A stretch of DNA of 64,000 nucleotides from Polyangiaceae bacterium (GCA_035063585.1 JAPSGB010000004.1:96001-160000), one strand, 5' to 3'. Positions 24,008-34,757 are shown, counted from the first letter of the stretch. Numbers and translations: made by a program. Notes: a model not told the origin generated them from the letters alone.

Positions 24008-24115
24008 GTCGCTAGGACTCCTTTCAGGGGTCGAGAAGCGGTCGCAGAGCCGCGAAGGGTGCGGAGCGACCGGGCGGAGTATGGCCCAAGAGCGCTCGCG
24101 GGGCTCGATCGAGGG

Positions 24116-24134
24116 ACTTGATGACCGATCAAGT
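24116..24134. promoter_or_regulatory. inverted repeat ACTTGAT-N5-ATCAAGT (FNR/DNR-box-like)
   Basis: Lies between the divergent DnrO-like and hemerythrin genes; half-sites match TTGAT/ATCAA but the spacer is 5 nt rather than 4. Confidence 0.55.
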
Positions 24135-24183
24135 AAGGGGATTCTGCTGGAGAATCTCGCGTGCTGCCCTATAAAGAAGGACG

Positions 24184-24693
24184 ATGTCGAGTAAGCTCAG
24201 CGTTCAAGGCTCCGGCAGCCAAGACCCGCTCTACGACGCGCTCACGCGCGAGCATCGCGCCATCGATGAAGGGCTCCAAGCGACCCTCGGCTCGATCGAA
24301 CAGGGCGCCCCCGACTACGAGCCGCTCAGGCGCGCGCTCGAGGTGCTCAGGCGTCACCTCTACATCGAGGAGGCGATGCTCTTCCCGCCGCTGCAGACGG
24401 GCGGGATGGCGGCAGCGATCCTGGTCATGCTGCGCGAGCACGGCCGGTTCTGGAACCTCATGAACGAGCTCGACGCAGAGACGACCGCGAAGCAGGCCGC
24501 CGAGGTCGGCAAGAACGCCAAGTTTCTCTTGGAGCTCCTCGAGCGGCACAACACCAAGGAAGAGCCCGTCCTCTACGAGCAACTCGCCGAGCAGCTCCCG
24601 GCCGCGGTGAGGGAGGAGATCATGGCTTTTCTTCCGGAGGGCGTGACGCCCGACGGCTGGAGTTGCGAGCGCGCTGGCGCCGAGTCTCGGTGA
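24184..24693 (+). CDS. hemerythrin (HHE) domain protein
   Basis: LTREHRAID, RHLYIEE.MLFP, MLREH and HNTKEE..LY; AAGGA SD upstream. Confidence 0.85.
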   Translation: MSSKLSVQGSGSQDPLYDALTREHRAIDEGLQATLGSIEQGAPDYEPLRRALEVLRRHLYIEEAMLFPPLQTGGMAAAILVMLREHGRFWNLMNELDAETTAKQAAEVGKNAKFLLELLERHNTKEEPVLYEQLAEQLPAAVREEIMAFLPEGVTPDGWSCERAGAESR

Positions 24694-24746
24694 GGCGCGG
24701 CTGGCGGCCCGCTCACGCCCGGAGCCGCTCGAGACGAGCCTGCAGC

Positions 24747-25079
24747 TCAGTGCGCGGCGGCCTTCGAGAACACGTTGATGATGATTACGCCCGCCGTGAT
24801 GAGCGCGAGGCCGGCGAGTAGCGGCCCGTCGAAGCGCTCGCCGAACACGAGCCAGCCGACCAGCGAGATGAACGCGATACCGACGCCGGACCAGATCGCG
24901 TAGGCCGCGCCCACGTGTATGGTGCGGAGCGCGAGGGACAAGAAATAGAACGCGACCAGGTAGAACGCGACCGAGCCCACTACCGGCCAGAGCCGCGTGA
25001 ATCCGTGCGACGCCTTCAAGAGCGAGGTCGCCACGACCTCGGCGACGATGGCGACCACCAAGAACGCGAAGTTCGACAT
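24747..25079 (-). CDS. SMR family small multidrug efflux protein (EmrE/QacE-like)
   Basis: 110 aa, 4 TM; AIVAEVVATSLLKAS.GFTRLWP and AYAIWSGVG. Confidence 0.92.
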   Translation of the reverse strand: MSNFAFLVVAIVAEVVATSLLKASHGFTRLWPVVGSVAFYLVAFYFLSLALRTIHVGAAYAIWSGVGIAFISLVGWLVFGERFDGPLLAGLALITAGVIIINVFSKAAAH

Positions 25080-25147
25080 GCTCGAGGCTCCCGACTTGCT
25101 CCTTATACGTCAGGCTCGCGCTCGGGCGAGCTCTCGAGCGCGAGTCC

Positions 25148-25948
25148 TCAGAGATCCAGCGCCTGCGCCGTGGCGCGCGCGTCCGTCGCGTCCGCCAGGC
25201 CGAGCGGGCGCCGCGCCGGGCCGGCACCCCCCATCCCGGAGCGGGCGCGCTGCCGCTCGAGCCACCAGCGACGCGCGACGACACCCGCGACGGTCGCGAA
25301 GTGCCACGGGCGGATCCCGCTCCGCTCGTCCGCGTAGACCGGGCGCACCGGGACATCGACGGCGCGCAGGCCGCGCGCGGCGAGCATGCCGAGGAGATCG
25401 TTCGGATAGCCGAAGCGCGGCCAGAGCTCCTCGAGCGGTACCGCGCGGAGCGCCTCGGCGTGCGCGACGGTGAAGCCGCATTGCGAGTCATCGATGGTGA
25501 GCCCGGTCGCCACGCGCGTCAGCGCCGAGAGCAGCATGCCGCCGGCGCGACGCTCGAGCGGCATCACGCGGCGGTCGGGATGGAGGAAGCGGTTGCCCTT
25601 CGCGTAGTCAGCGCGTCCGCTCGCGACGGGCTCGAGCAGGGCAGCGAGGTCGTCCGGGTGCATCTGATCGTCGCCGGCCATCACTGCGATGAGCTCGGCG
25701 CGCGCCTCGAGCGCCGAGCGGTAACCGGTGACGATGGCGGCGCCGACGCCGTGGTTCTGCTCGTGGCGGAGCACCCGGACGCGCGTGTCTCGGCAGCTCC
25801 GCGCGACGGCGAGGGTCCCGTCGGGGCTCGCGTCATCGACCACCACTACGTGATCCACGAAGTCCGGCAGCCGCCCGAGCGTGCGCCCGAGCAGGCGCTC
25901 CTCGCGATACGCCGGCACCACCACCGCGACGGAGAGTCCTCGCCACAT
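25148..25948 (-). CDS. glycosyltransferase family 2
   Basis: VVVPAYREE, VVDDASPDGT, NHGVGAA, GDDQMHP and DSQCGF. Confidence 0.9.
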   Translation of the reverse strand: MWRGLSVAVVVPAYREERLLGRTLGRLPDFVDHVVVVDDASPDGTLAVARSCRDTRVRVLRHEQNHGVGAAIVTGYRSALEARAELIAVMAGDDQMHPDDLAALLEPVASGRADYAKGNRFLHPDRRVMPLERRAGGMLLSALTRVATGLTIDDSQCGFTVAHAEALRAVPLEELWPRFGYPNDLLGMLAARGLRAVDVPVRPVYADERSGIRPWHFATVAGVVARRWWLERQRARSGMGGAGPARRPLGLADATDARATAQALDL

Positions 25949-26038
25949 GCTCCTCCTCCGCTAGTCGGCGAGCCCGCGTGACGCAAGCGTTCTTCGGCGC
26001 GCCGCCGCGCGGACCGCGGCCGTGCTAAGCCGTCCGAC

Positions 26039-26632
26039 GTGACCCGGCGCCGCATCGTCTTCGCGCTCGCCGGCGTGATGCTCGCGATGGTTGGCCTCTT
26101 CGCCTGGCGGTGGGCGACCTACCCGAGCGACCGCACGCCGGAGGGCGCCTACCTCCGGGTGATGACCGCGGTGAACCAGGGCAAGCCCGAGGCGTGCTTT
26201 GCCTACCTCGAGACGGAGGCGCAGCACGCGTCCTACACGCTGCGCGACTATCGAAGGAAATCCCGCGCGCGAGTGCTCGCCTCCTACCCCGAGCCCGAGC
26301 GCTCGCGACTCGCCGAGACGTACCGCGCCGAGGCCGAGGCCGCCGACGGCTCGGACCTGTTCGCCATCGAGGCGCGGCGACGCGGCTGGCTCGCGCGCTT
26401 GCGCCGCGATCTCTCGGGAATTGCCAAGGTGGAGATCCACGGCGAGCGCGCCACCGTCGAGACGGTGCGCGGCACGCGCTACCCGTTTCGACGCCGCGAC
26501 AACGGCATCTGGGGGCTCACCTCGTTCACGGCCGCGCTGGTCGCTGACGCCGAGAAGGCGGCCCGCGACGACGCCCTGATCCAGAGAGCCGCCGACGACT
26601 ACGATCGCGTGAAGTCCTCGAAGGCCCAGTGA
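26039..26632 (+). CDS. hypothetical membrane-anchored protein
   Basis: N-terminal basic plus TM segment, followed by a globular region with coding-like codon usage. Confidence 0.7.
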   Translation: MTRRRIVFALAGVMLAMVGLFAWRWATYPSDRTPEGAYLRVMTAVNQGKPEACFAYLETEAQHASYTLRDYRRKSRARVLASYPEPERSRLAETYRAEAEAADGSDLFAIEARRRGWLARLRRDLSGIAKVEIHGERATVETVRGTRYPFRRRDNGIWGLTSFTAALVADAEKAARDDALIQRAADDYDRVKSSKAQ

Positions 26633-26638
26633 GCGCGC

Positions 26639-27073
26639 TCAGCGGCGCGTGCGCGCGCGCACCTCGGCGTACGACGACCCGGGCGGCGCGCCGGTCTCGA
26701 CCGGCAGACCACGACGGACCCACCCGGGGGTGAGCCGACCAAAGGCGTCGCGCGCTCCGTCCCATCCGGCGCTCATCTCCGAGAGCTCCGTGAAGCCGGC
26801 GCGCTCGAGCTGGCGCGCCGCCTGGAGCGAGCGGTTACCGGAGTGGCATCCGAGCACCAGCGGCGCCGAGCGCGCGAAGACGCGTTGCATGACCAAGGTG
26901 AACTCGGCGTTCGGGGTCACGCTGCCGTCGGCGCCGTAGTGGAGGAGCGGCACGTTGAGCGCACCGGGCGGGTGACCTTCCTCGAACTCGCGCTCGCTCC
27001 GCACGTCGATGTAGAGGGCGCCCGCCGCGACCGCCGCCTGGGCGTCCTCGGGCGATACCGACTTGATGGCCAA
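26639..27073 (-). CDS. rhodanese-like sulfurtransferase
   Basis: IDVRS..EF..GHPPGALNVP, active loop CHSGNRS and GW; TTG start with AAAGGAG SD. Confidence 0.88.
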   Translation of the reverse strand: MAIKSVSPEDAQAAVAAGALYIDVRSEREFEEGHPPGALNVPLLHYGADGSVTPNAEFTLVMQRVFARSAPLVLGCHSGNRSLQAARQLERAGFTELSEMSAGWDGARDAFGRLTPGWVRRGLPVETGAPPGSSYAEVRARTRR

Positions 27074-27195
27074 CGTGCACTCCTTTGTCGCGGCCGCGCC
27101 GACCGGGGCGCAACCACCGCACGCCGCAGGCATAAGTCAGGGCGGCGCGAGCGCCAAGCCCCCGTGGCGCGCCCGCTTGGGCTAAGGTTCGGAGC

Positions 27196-28854
27196 GTGAG
27201 CGCCTCGTTCGGAACCGATCGAGTCCGTGTCGTCCCGCTCGGCGGCCTCGGCGAAATTGGCATGAACTGCCTCGCCCTCGAGCAAGAGGACGGCATCCTG
27301 ATCATCGACTGCGGGATGAGCTTCCCGGAGAACGACCTCGGCGTCGACGTCATCCATCCGGACTTCACCTGGCTCTTCGAGCAGGCAGAGCGCGTTGTCG
27401 GAGTGTTCTTGACGCACGGTCACGAAGATCACATCGGAGGGCTGCCGTACCTGCTCGCCGAGCTCGACGTCCCCGTGTGGGGTCCTCCGCACGCGCTCGG
27501 CCTGGTGGCGAAGCGGCTCGCCGAGCACGGCTTCGAGCCGGGCGAGATCCCGCTCCTGCCGGCCGCGCCAGGGCAAAGCTATGAGGTCGGGCCATTCTCG
27601 GTGGAGCCGGTGCGCGTCGCGCACTCCATCGTCGAGGCGAGCGCGCTCGCGGTTCGCACGCGCGCCGGCCTCGTCGTGCACACGGGGGACTTCAACTTCG
27701 ACCCGGATCCGCCCGACGGCGAGCCCACCGACGAGGCGCGCCTCGCGGCGCTCGGTGACGAGGGCGTCAGCCTCCTCTTGAGCGACAGCACCAACATCGA
27801 CGTGCCGGAGCGCGCGGGCTCGGAGCGCGAGGTGGGCGCGGCGCTCGAGCGGCTGATCGGGCGCGCCGAGACGCGGGTGGTGGTGGCCATGTTCGCGAGC
27901 AACGTGCAGCGGCTGATGCTGCTCGGAAGGATTGCAGAGCGCACCGGTCGAAAGATTTGCCTCCTCGGCCGCAGCCTGAACACCCACGTGGAGGTCGCCG
28001 AGGCGATCGGGCGGCTCGCATGGCCGAGCCACCTCCGCATCCCGGCCGAGGACGCCCAGGCCTTTCCGCGCGAGCGCCTGCTCGTGCTGGCCGGCGGCTC
28101 GCAGGCCGAGGCAAGCTCGGCGATGGCGCGGGTGGCGGCCGGCACGCACCCGCTGCTCGCGCTCGACGCGGGCGATCACGTGGTGCTCTCCGCGCGCATC
28201 ATCCCCGGTAACGACCGCCCGGTGTTCGCCATGATGGGAGCCCTGCTACGGCGCGGCGTCCACCTGCACACGCGAGCGAACGAGCCCGGCGTCCACACCA
28301 GCGGCCACGCCGGACGGAGCGAACAGCAGAAGATGCTCGCGCTGGTTCGCCCTGCGACGTTCGTGCCGGTTCACGGCACGCTGCACCACCTCGTTCGCCA
28401 CGCCGAGCTCGCGCGCGCCCGCGGCGTGACTCGGGTCCACGTCATCGAGAACGGGACGCCGGTAGTGCTCTGCCGAGACGAGCTCACGCTCGACGGCGAG
28501 GTGCCGCACGGCCGCGTCGCCGTCGCACGGGGCGGCATGCCGCTCGACGACGACATCCTGCATCGACGCGCCGAGCTGGCGCGCTCCGGCGTGGTGAGCG
28601 TCGCGCTCGCGCTCGACGGGCGGGATCGCCTGCTCGGCGCGCCGAGCGTGGTCGCGCGCGGCGTCCCCGGCGCGGATGACGACGACGAGGTGCTCGGGCT
28701 CATCGCGCGCGCCGTCGAGCGCGCGCTCGAGCGCGTCCGCAACTGGCGGCGGGTGAACCTCGCCGAGGAGCTCCGGCGTGCGGCGCGCCGCGCGCTCCAC
28801 GAGGAGTGCGGCATTCGCCCGGTGGTCGAGGTGCACCTCTTGAGGAGCTCATGA
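27196..28854 (+). CDS. rnj: ribonuclease J
   Basis: PLGGLGEIGMN, LTHGHEDHIGG, HTGDF, SDSTN, FASNVQR, IIPGN, HTSGHA and PVHG. Confidence 0.95.
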   Translation: MSASFGTDRVRVVPLGGLGEIGMNCLALEQEDGILIIDCGMSFPENDLGVDVIHPDFTWLFEQAERVVGVFLTHGHEDHIGGLPYLLAELDVPVWGPPHALGLVAKRLAEHGFEPGEIPLLPAAPGQSYEVGPFSVEPVRVAHSIVEASALAVRTRAGLVVHTGDFNFDPDPPDGEPTDEARLAALGDEGVSLLLSDSTNIDVPERAGSEREVGAALERLIGRAETRVVVAMFASNVQRLMLLGRIAERTGRKICLLGRSLNTHVEVAEAIGRLAWPSHLRIPAEDAQAFPRERLLVLAGGSQAEASSAMARVAAGTHPLLALDAGDHVVLSARIIPGNDRPVFAMMGALLRRGVHLHTRANEPGVHTSGHAGRSEQQKMLALVRPATFVPVHGTLHHLVRHAELARARGVTRVHVIENGTPVVLCRDELTLDGEVPHGRVAVARGGMPLDDDILHRRAELARSGVVSVALALDGRDRLLGAPSVVARGVPGADDDDEVLGLIARAVERALERVRNWRRVNLAEELRRAARRALHEECGIRPVVEVHLLRSS

Positions 28855-29870
28855 CCCGCGCGCGCTCACGAGTCGCGCTGTTCGGCGCGGTCCTCGCCTC
28901 GTCCGCGCTCGCGGCGCCGGCCTGCGATCGCGCACGAGAGCCCGAGTCACGCCCGGCGCCGGCCGCGCCGAACCGACCTCCCGGCGCCCCATCCTCGGCG
29001 CCGGTCGCGCCCGCCGCGAGCGCGGCCGCTCGCGCGCCCGCGACCGCGCGGCTCGTCGCCATCGGGGATCTGCACGGAGACCTCGCGCAGACGCGCGCCG
29101 CGCTCCGGCTCGCCGGCGCGATCGACGAAGAAGACGACTGGATCGGGAAATCACTGATCGTCGTGCAGACCGGCGATGAGCTCGATCGCGGCGACGACGA
29201 GGAGGGCATCGTTGCGCTGTTCGAGAGCCTCGCGAAGAAGGCAGAGCGCGCCGGCGGCCGGGTGGTGGTGCTCGACGGAAACCACGACGTGATGAACGTG
29301 CAAGGTGATTTCCGCTACGTGACCCGTGGTGGGTTCATCGCCTTCGAGCGCTTCGCGCCCGAGCCCGGCGCGGCGCCCGAGCTCGAGCGATTTCCCGTTC
29401 ATGCGCGCGGGCGCGCTGCGGCGATGCGCCCGGGCGGCGCCTTCGCGCTGCGCCTCGCCGAGCGAAACGTGATCGAGGTAGTGGGAGACACCGTGTTCGT
29501 GCACGGCGGCGTGCTCCTCCGGCACCTCGACTACGGGGTCGAGCGCATCAACCGTGAGACGCGCGCGTGGATGCGCGGCGAAGGGCCGCTCCCTGCGGTG
29601 ATGAACGGCGAGGACGCCCCCACCTGGGCGCGCGACTACTCGCAGGGCGAGCCGAGCGCCGAGGCGTGCGACGAGCTCGGCCGGGTGCTCGCGCGCCTCG
29701 GCGCGAAGCGCATGGTGGTCGGGCACACGGTGCAAGAGGCGGGCATCACTTCCGCCTGCGACGAGCGCGTCTGGCGCATCGACGTCGGGCTCTCACGCTA
29801 TTATGGCGGAAAGACAGCGGTGCTCGAGATCGACGGCGACCGGGTGCGCCCGCTCACGACCGCGAAGTAG
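28851..29870 (+). CDS. Shewanella-like (SLP) metallophosphoesterase, predicted lipoprotein
   Basis: IGDLHGD, QTGDELDRG, GNHD, FVHGG, MVVGHT and IDVGLS; signal ending in LAAPAC; ATGA overlap with rnj. Confidence 0.88.
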   Translation: MTRARSRVALFGAVLASSALAAPACDRAREPESRPAPAAPNRPPGAPSSAPVAPAASAAARAPATARLVAIGDLHGDLAQTRAALRLAGAIDEEDDWIGKSLIVVQTGDELDRGDDEEGIVALFESLAKKAERAGGRVVVLDGNHDVMNVQGDFRYVTRGGFIAFERFAPEPGAAPELERFPVHARGRAAAMRPGGAFALRLAERNVIEVVGDTVFVHGGVLLRHLDYGVERINRETRAWMRGEGPLPAVMNGEDAPTWARDYSQGEPSAEACDELGRVLARLGAKRMVVGHTVQEAGITSACDERVWRIDVGLSRYYGGKTAVLEIDGDRVRPLTTAK

Positions 29871-29902
29871 GCCACCGGGAAACGATACGGGAGACGAACC
29901 TG

Positions 29903-31489
29903 ATGTATGATTTTGCCATCATCGGCTCGGGGTTCGGCGGCAGCGTCTCGGCGCTCCGCCTGGTCGAGAAGGGCTACCGCGTGCTCCTCGTCGAGAAGGG
30001 GCGGCGCTTCCTCGCGGAGGATTTCCCGAAGACGAACTGGGAGCTCCGCCGCTGGCTCTGGCAGCCCGAGCTCGGTATGCGCGGCATCTTCAAGATGTCG
30101 TTCTTCCCGCACGTCACCGTGCTCCACGGCGTCGGTTACGGCGGCGGCTCGCTCGTCTACGCGAACACGCTCCCGGTGCCGAAGTCCGATTTCTTCCAGG
30201 CGCCCTCGTGGGGGCACCTCGCCGATTGGGAAGCAGAGCTGAAGCCGCACTACGCGACCGCCAAGCGGATGCTCGGCGCGACCCAGAACCCGCACCTCAC
30301 CAAGATCGACGACGTGATGCGCGAGGTCGCTACGGACCTTGGGCGCGCCGAGCATTTTCACCCGACCGACGTCGCGGTCTACTTCGGTGAAGCGGGGAAG
30401 ACCGTGCAGGATCCGTATTTCGACGGCAAGGGGCCGGCGCGCACCGGGTGTGTCCTCTGCGGCGCGTGCATGACCGGGTGTCGCTACGGCGCCAAGAACA
30501 CCCTCGATCTCAACTACCTCTACCTCGCCGAGCAGCGCGGGCTCGAGGTGCACACCGAGACCGAGGTGGTGCACGTCGCGCCCGGCCCGAGCCGGGCGGC
30601 GGGAGAGCGCGGCTACCGCATCGAGGGGCTCGTCGGGCTCGGGCCGGGCCGGCGAGAGACGGTTCGCTTCGAGGCCAAGAACGTCGTGTTCTCGGGCGGC
30701 GTGATGGGCACGGTCGAGCTCCTCTTGAAGCTGAAGAGCGACCCGAGCGGGCTACCGCTCTTGTCCGAGCGGCTGGGCGACCAGGTGCGTACCAACTCCG
30801 AGTCGCTCATCGCGGTCGTCACCGACCGGAAGGACGAGGACTACAGCAAGGGCATCGCCATCAGCTCCATCATCCACACCGACGATCACTCGCACATCGA
30901 GCCCGTCCGCTATGGCGAAGGGTCGGATTTCTTCCGCACCCTCATCAGCCCGCACGTGAGCGGCGCGTCCTTCGGGGAGCGGCTGAAGAACGTGCTCGGC
31001 GTGTTCGCGCGGAGCCCGCTCGCCTTCCTTCGCGCCGCTACCGTGCCGAACCTCGCCAAGCAGAGCGTCATCCTCTTGTACATGCGCACCCTCGAGGGCT
31101 ACCTGCGGCTGAAGCGCGGGCGCGGCCTCACCACGGGCTTTCGCACCGGCATGACCACCGAGCTCGGCGAGGGCAGCGCGCCGACCGCGTCGATCCCGGA
31201 GGCAACCGAGCTCGCCTGGCGAGTGGCGAAGAAAATCGACGGTTTCCCGACCACGCTGGTCACCGAGACGCTGCTCGGCATCCCCACCACCGCGCACATT
31301 CTCGGCGGTTGCTGCATGGGGGAGTCGGCTGACGCTGGCGTCATCGATCGCGATCACCGCGTGTTCGGCTACCCGGGCCTCTACGTGATCGACGGCTCGT
31401 CGATTTCGGCGAATCCTGGCGTGAACCCCTCGCTCACCATCACGGCGCTCGCCGAGCGCGCGATGAGCAAGATCCCCGTCAAGAAATAG
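29903..31489 (+). CDS. GMC oxidoreductase (cholesterol oxidase ChoD-like)
   Basis: [43 protein letters not shown] and [16 protein letters not shown]. Confidence 0.9.
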   Translation: MYDFAIIGSGFGGSVSALRLVEKGYRVLLVEKGRRFLAEDFPKTNWELRRWLWQPELGMRGIFKMSFFPHVTVLHGVGYGGGSLVYANTLPVPKSDFFQAPSWGHLADWEAELKPHYATAKRMLGATQNPHLTKIDDVMREVATDLGRAEHFHPTDVAVYFGEAGKTVQDPYFDGKGPARTGCVLCGACMTGCRYGAKNTLDLNYLYLAEQRGLEVHTETEVVHVAPGPSRAAGERGYRIEGLVGLGPGRRETVRFEAKNVVFSGGVMGTVELLLKLKSDPSGLPLLSERLGDQVRTNSESLIAVVTDRKDEDYSKGIAISSIIHTDDHSHIEPVRYGEGSDFFRTLISPHVSGASFGERLKNVLGVFARSPLAFLRAATVPNLAKQSVILLYMRTLEGYLRLKRGRGLTTGFRTGMTTELGEGSAPTASIPEATELAWRVAKKIDGFPTTLVTETLLGIPTTAHILGGCCMGESADAGVIDRDHRVFGYPGLYVIDGSSISANPGVNPSLTITALAERAMSKIPVKK

Positions 31490-31550
31490 TATACGAGATA
31501 CTTTACTTATTATTTGCAGGCGCGGCGCGGGACCGCGCGGGCCGAGCGCG

Positions 31551-32750
31551 CTAGCTCCTCACCGCCTCGCGGACGCGGCGGCTCGCGAACAAGAAGACGA
31601 GCACCATCGCCAAGAGCGCCGCGCTCAAGGCGTACGGATACTCGGGGTGGAGCTCGTAGAGGCCCGTCCCGACCAGCGGCCCGAGCATCCGGCCGAAGGC
31701 CTGCGAGGAGCTGTTCAAGCCGGCGACCGCACCCTGCTCGTCGTCGCCGACCGCGAGCGAGAGCGCCGCGGTCACGCCGGGCATGGCGAGCCCCTGGCCG
31801 AGCCCCTGGAGCACCAGCGCTATGGTGAGGCCCGTGAAGCCCTTCGCGAACACGAACGCGACGAAGCCCGCGAGCGCGATGGGGATGCCGCTCTTCAGGA
31901 GCACGAGCGGTGGCCATTTGAAGCGGCGGATGAGGTATCCTTGGACGAACACCGCGACCAGCCCATAGGCGACCAGGGCCTCGCCGACCGGCCGCGGCGT
32001 ATGAGCGGCGTCGAGGTGCAGCCGGTCCTGAAAATAGAAGGCGATCGTCTGCTCCATGGCGACCGAGGCCAGGGTTGCGACCAGCCCGACGGCAAGCAGC
32101 GGCCAAACGCGGGCGTCGCGGAGCGAGAGCGGCGTCGGCTCGCGGGCCTCGACGTGGCTCTTGGGCTCCGGCAGCTTCCACCACACGAAGAGCGCGTTCA
32201 GGAGGGCGACCGCGCTCGAAAAATACACCGGCGCGAGCAGGCTCACGTGGCTGAGGGCGGCGCCGATGCCGGGGCCGAAGATCACCCCGAGCCCGAAGGC
32301 CGCACCGATGACCGCCATGCCGCTCGTGCGGTCGGCGCGGCCGGTCACGTCCGCGACGTAGGCCTGCGCGGTCGGCAAGGTTGCGCTCGAGAAGGTACCG
32401 CCGAGCAGGCGGGCGACCAGCATGAGGGCGAAGACCGTGAGCCGAGGCAGGACGCCGCGCATCCCGAGCTCGGCGGCGACTGCGAACAGGAAGAAGGTGA
32501 TCGCGAAGCCGAGGATGCCGGTGAGCATCACCGGCTTCCGCCCGATACGCTCGCTCTTCCGCCCCCAGTAGGGGCTGATGAGGAACTGCATGAGCGCGTA
32601 CGCGGTCGAGAACATCCCGACCTGGAGCTCGGTGAAGCCGAGCTCTCGCCCGAGCGGTGCCAGGATCGGAAACAGCACCGACAGCCCGAGGATGCTGTTG
32701 AAGAGGGCGATGAAGAGGAGGCTGATGGGCTTCACGAGCGAGGGGACCAT
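31551..32750 (-). CDS. MFS transporter, TetA/DHA1-like
   Basis: About 12 [21 protein letters not shown] and [15 protein letters not shown]. Confidence 0.9.
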   Translation of the reverse strand: MVPSLVKPISLLFIALFNSILGLSVLFPILAPLGRELGFTELQVGMFSTAYALMQFLISPYWGRKSERIGRKPVMLTGILGFAITFFLFAVAAELGMRGVLPRLTVFALMLVARLLGGTFSSATLPTAQAYVADVTGRADRTSGMAVIGAAFGLGVIFGPGIGAALSHVSLLAPVYFSSAVALLNALFVWWKLPEPKSHVEAREPTPLSLRDARVWPLLAVGLVATLASVAMEQTIAFYFQDRLHLDAAHTPRPVGEALVAYGLVAVFVQGYLIRRFKWPPLVLLKSGIPIALAGFVAFVFAKGFTGLTIALVLQGLGQGLAMPGVTAALSLAVGDDEQGAVAGLNSSSQAFGRMLGPLVGTGLYELHPEYPYALSAALLAMVLVFLFASRRVREAVRS

Positions 32751-32924
32751 AGCAGCAGAGCCGCGCCATCGGGACCGGGCTCGCCGCCGCCTGGGAGCCG
32801 ACCTCGGGCGCGCCACCAGCCGGCGCGCCGCCCCGCCCCAGCGCCGCGCGCTGGCGCGTTCAGGCGGATTCCGCGCCGGACCGGCATCCCCCCATCCCTC
32901 CCGGGCTCGGTGTATAAGCGCGCC

Positions 32925-33524
32925 ATGGCTGAACCGACCTTTCCTCCCATCGACGTCCCCGGCAAGGGGCAGCTCTACGCTCGGCTCCACACCACGCAAG
33001 GAGCGATCGTGATCGCGCTCGAAGAGCACCGCACCCCGAAGACGGTCGCCAACTTCGTGGGGCTCGCGACCGGCAAGATCGCCTGGACGGATCCGAAGAG
33101 CGGGCAAGGGATGCAAGGGACGCCGATGTACGACGGCGTGCGCTTCCACCGGGTCATCCCCGGGTTCATGGTGCAGGTGGGCGATCCGCTGAGCCGCCAC
33201 GTCGATCAGCGCGGGCGCTGGGGCACGGGCAGCCCGGGCTATCGCTTCGGTGATGAGTTCCACCCGGAGCTCAAGCACGACCGCCCAGGCATCCTCAGCA
33301 TGGCGAACGCCGGCCCCGGCACCAACGGCGCGCAGTTCTTCATCACCGAGGGGCCGACGCCGCACCTGAACGGCAAGCACTCGGTGTTCGGTCACGTGGT
33401 GGCTGGGCAAGACGTCGTGCACGCGATCGCCAACGCGCCGCGAAACCCGCGCGACATGCCGAACCAGGATCAGCTCATCGATCGCGTGGAGTTGTTCCGC
33501 AGCGAGACCGCGCCGACCGCGTAA
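32925..33524 (+). CDS. ppiA: cyclophilin-type peptidyl-prolyl isomerase
   Basis: [42 protein letters not shown] and [10 protein letters not shown]. Confidence 0.95.
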   Translation: MAEPTFPPIDVPGKGQLYARLHTTQGAIVIALEEHRTPKTVANFVGLATGKIAWTDPKSGQGMQGTPMYDGVRFHRVIPGFMVQVGDPLSRHVDQRGRWGTGSPGYRFGDEFHPELKHDRPGILSMANAGPGTNGAQFFITEGPTPHLNGKHSVFGHVVAGQDVVHAIANAPRNPRDMPNQDQLIDRVELFRSETAPTA

Positions 33525-33548
33525 CCTCGCCCGGGGCCAGGGCGCTCG

Positions 33549-34757
33549 TCAGGCGCGCTCGAAGAGCGTGGCGATGCCCTGGCCGACCCCGATGCAGAGC
33601 GACGCGAGGCCGAGCCGCGCCTTCGGGTCGGCCTTCATCGCATGCATCAGGGTGACCACGATCCGCGCGCCCGACGCACCGATCGGGTGGCCGAGCGAGA
33701 TGGCGCCGCCGCGCACGTTCACCCGCTTCGGATCGAGGTCGAGGCTCCTCACGCAGGCGATGCTCTGTGAGGCGAAGGCCTCGTTCAGCTCGATGACGTC
33801 GAGGTTCGGGGCGCGGAGCCCGGCGCGCGCGAGCGCCTTGCGCGTAGCGGGAATGGGGCCCTCGCCCATGTAGCTCGGGTCGACCCCGGCCGTCGCGTTC
33901 GCGACTAGCCTCAGGCTCGGCGTCACGCCGAGCTCCTTCACGACGCTCTCGCTCGCCAGCATCACCGCCGCCGCGCCGTCGTTGAGCGGCGAGGAGTTTC
34001 CAGCGGTGACGCTGCCGTCGGCGCGGAAGGCAGGCTTCAGCGCCGCGAGCGCCGCGAGCGTGGTGTCCGGTCGCGGGGACTCGTCGCGCGCGAAGACGGT
34101 GGGCGAGCCCTTCCGCTCGGGAATGGTCACCGGCGCGATTTCTCCGGCGAAGAGCCCAGCTTCCCACGCAGCCACGCCCTTTTTCTGCGACTCGAGCGCG
34201 AACTCGTCCTGCTCCTGGCGGGTGATGCCGTATTTCTTGGCGACGTTCTCCGCCGTCTCACCCATGCCGAGGAGCGGGAAGCGCTCCTTCATCCGCGGGT
34301 TCGGGTACCGCCAGCCGAGCGTGGTGTCGTAGATGGGCGGCGGCTGTCGCGAGAAGGGTTCCTCCGCCTTCGGCATCGAGAACGGCGCGCGCGTCATGCT
34401 CTCGACGCCGCCCGCGATCGCCACCTCACACTCTCCCACCGCGATCATCCGCGCGACGTCGTTGATCGCCTCGAGGCCGGAGCCGCACAGACGGTTCACG
34501 GTAACCGCGGGCACCTCGTACGGGAGACCCGCGAGCAAGAGCGCCATCCGAGCGACGTTACGGTTGTCTTCGCCGGCCTGGTTCGTGGAACCGAAGGCGA
34601 CGTGGTCGATGCGCGGCGCGAGGGTGGGTTGCCGCTCGACCAACGCCGCGACGACGTGAGCTGCGAGATCATCCGAGCGGATTCGCGCGAGGCCGCCGCG
34701 ATACTTGCCAATCGGTGTCCGCACGCCGTCGATGAGATAAACAGGGTTCAGCGCCAT
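33549..34757 (-). CDS. acetyl-CoA acyltransferase (thiolase, PcaF/PaaJ-like)
   Basis: NQAGEDNRNVARMA, NRLCGSG, GGVESM, NEAFA, GHPIGASGAR and LCIGVGQG. Confidence 0.93.
   Translation of the reverse strand: MALNPVYLIDGVRTPIGKYRGGLARIRSDDLAAHVVAALVERQPTLAPRIDHVAFGSTNQAGEDNRNVARMALLLAGLPYEVPAVTVNRLCGSGLEAINDVARMIAVGECEVAIAGGVESMTRAPFSMPKAEEPFSRQPPPIYDTTLGWRYPNPRMKERFPLLGMGETAENVAKKYGITRQEQDEFALESQKKGVAAWEAGLFAGEIAPVTIPERKGSPTVFARDESPRPDTTLAALAALKPAFRADGSVTAGNSSPLNDGAAAVMLASESVVKELGVTPSLRLVANATAGVDPSYMGEGPIPATRKALARAGLRAPNLDVIELNEAFASQSIACVRSLDLDPKRVNVRGGAISLGHPIGASGARIVVTLMHAMKADPKARLGLASLCIGVGQGIATLFERA

Noticed and set aside
21808..28900. 13-bp match (CGGTCCTCGCCTC) between the tRNA-Cys 3' end and 28888-28900 as attL/attR of an island
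   Set aside because: The match is short and GC-rich, lies inside a CDS coupled to rnj, and there is no integrase; likely chance.
28958..28978. About 20-bp identity with 60078-60098 (encoding PAAPNRP in both genes)
   Set aside because: Low-complexity Pro/Ala linker codons in a high-GC genome; no further similarity.
31647..32924. 625-aa version of the cyclophilin
   Set aside because: The upstream part is antisense to the MFS gene; the real start is ATG 32925 after a TATAAG hexamer.
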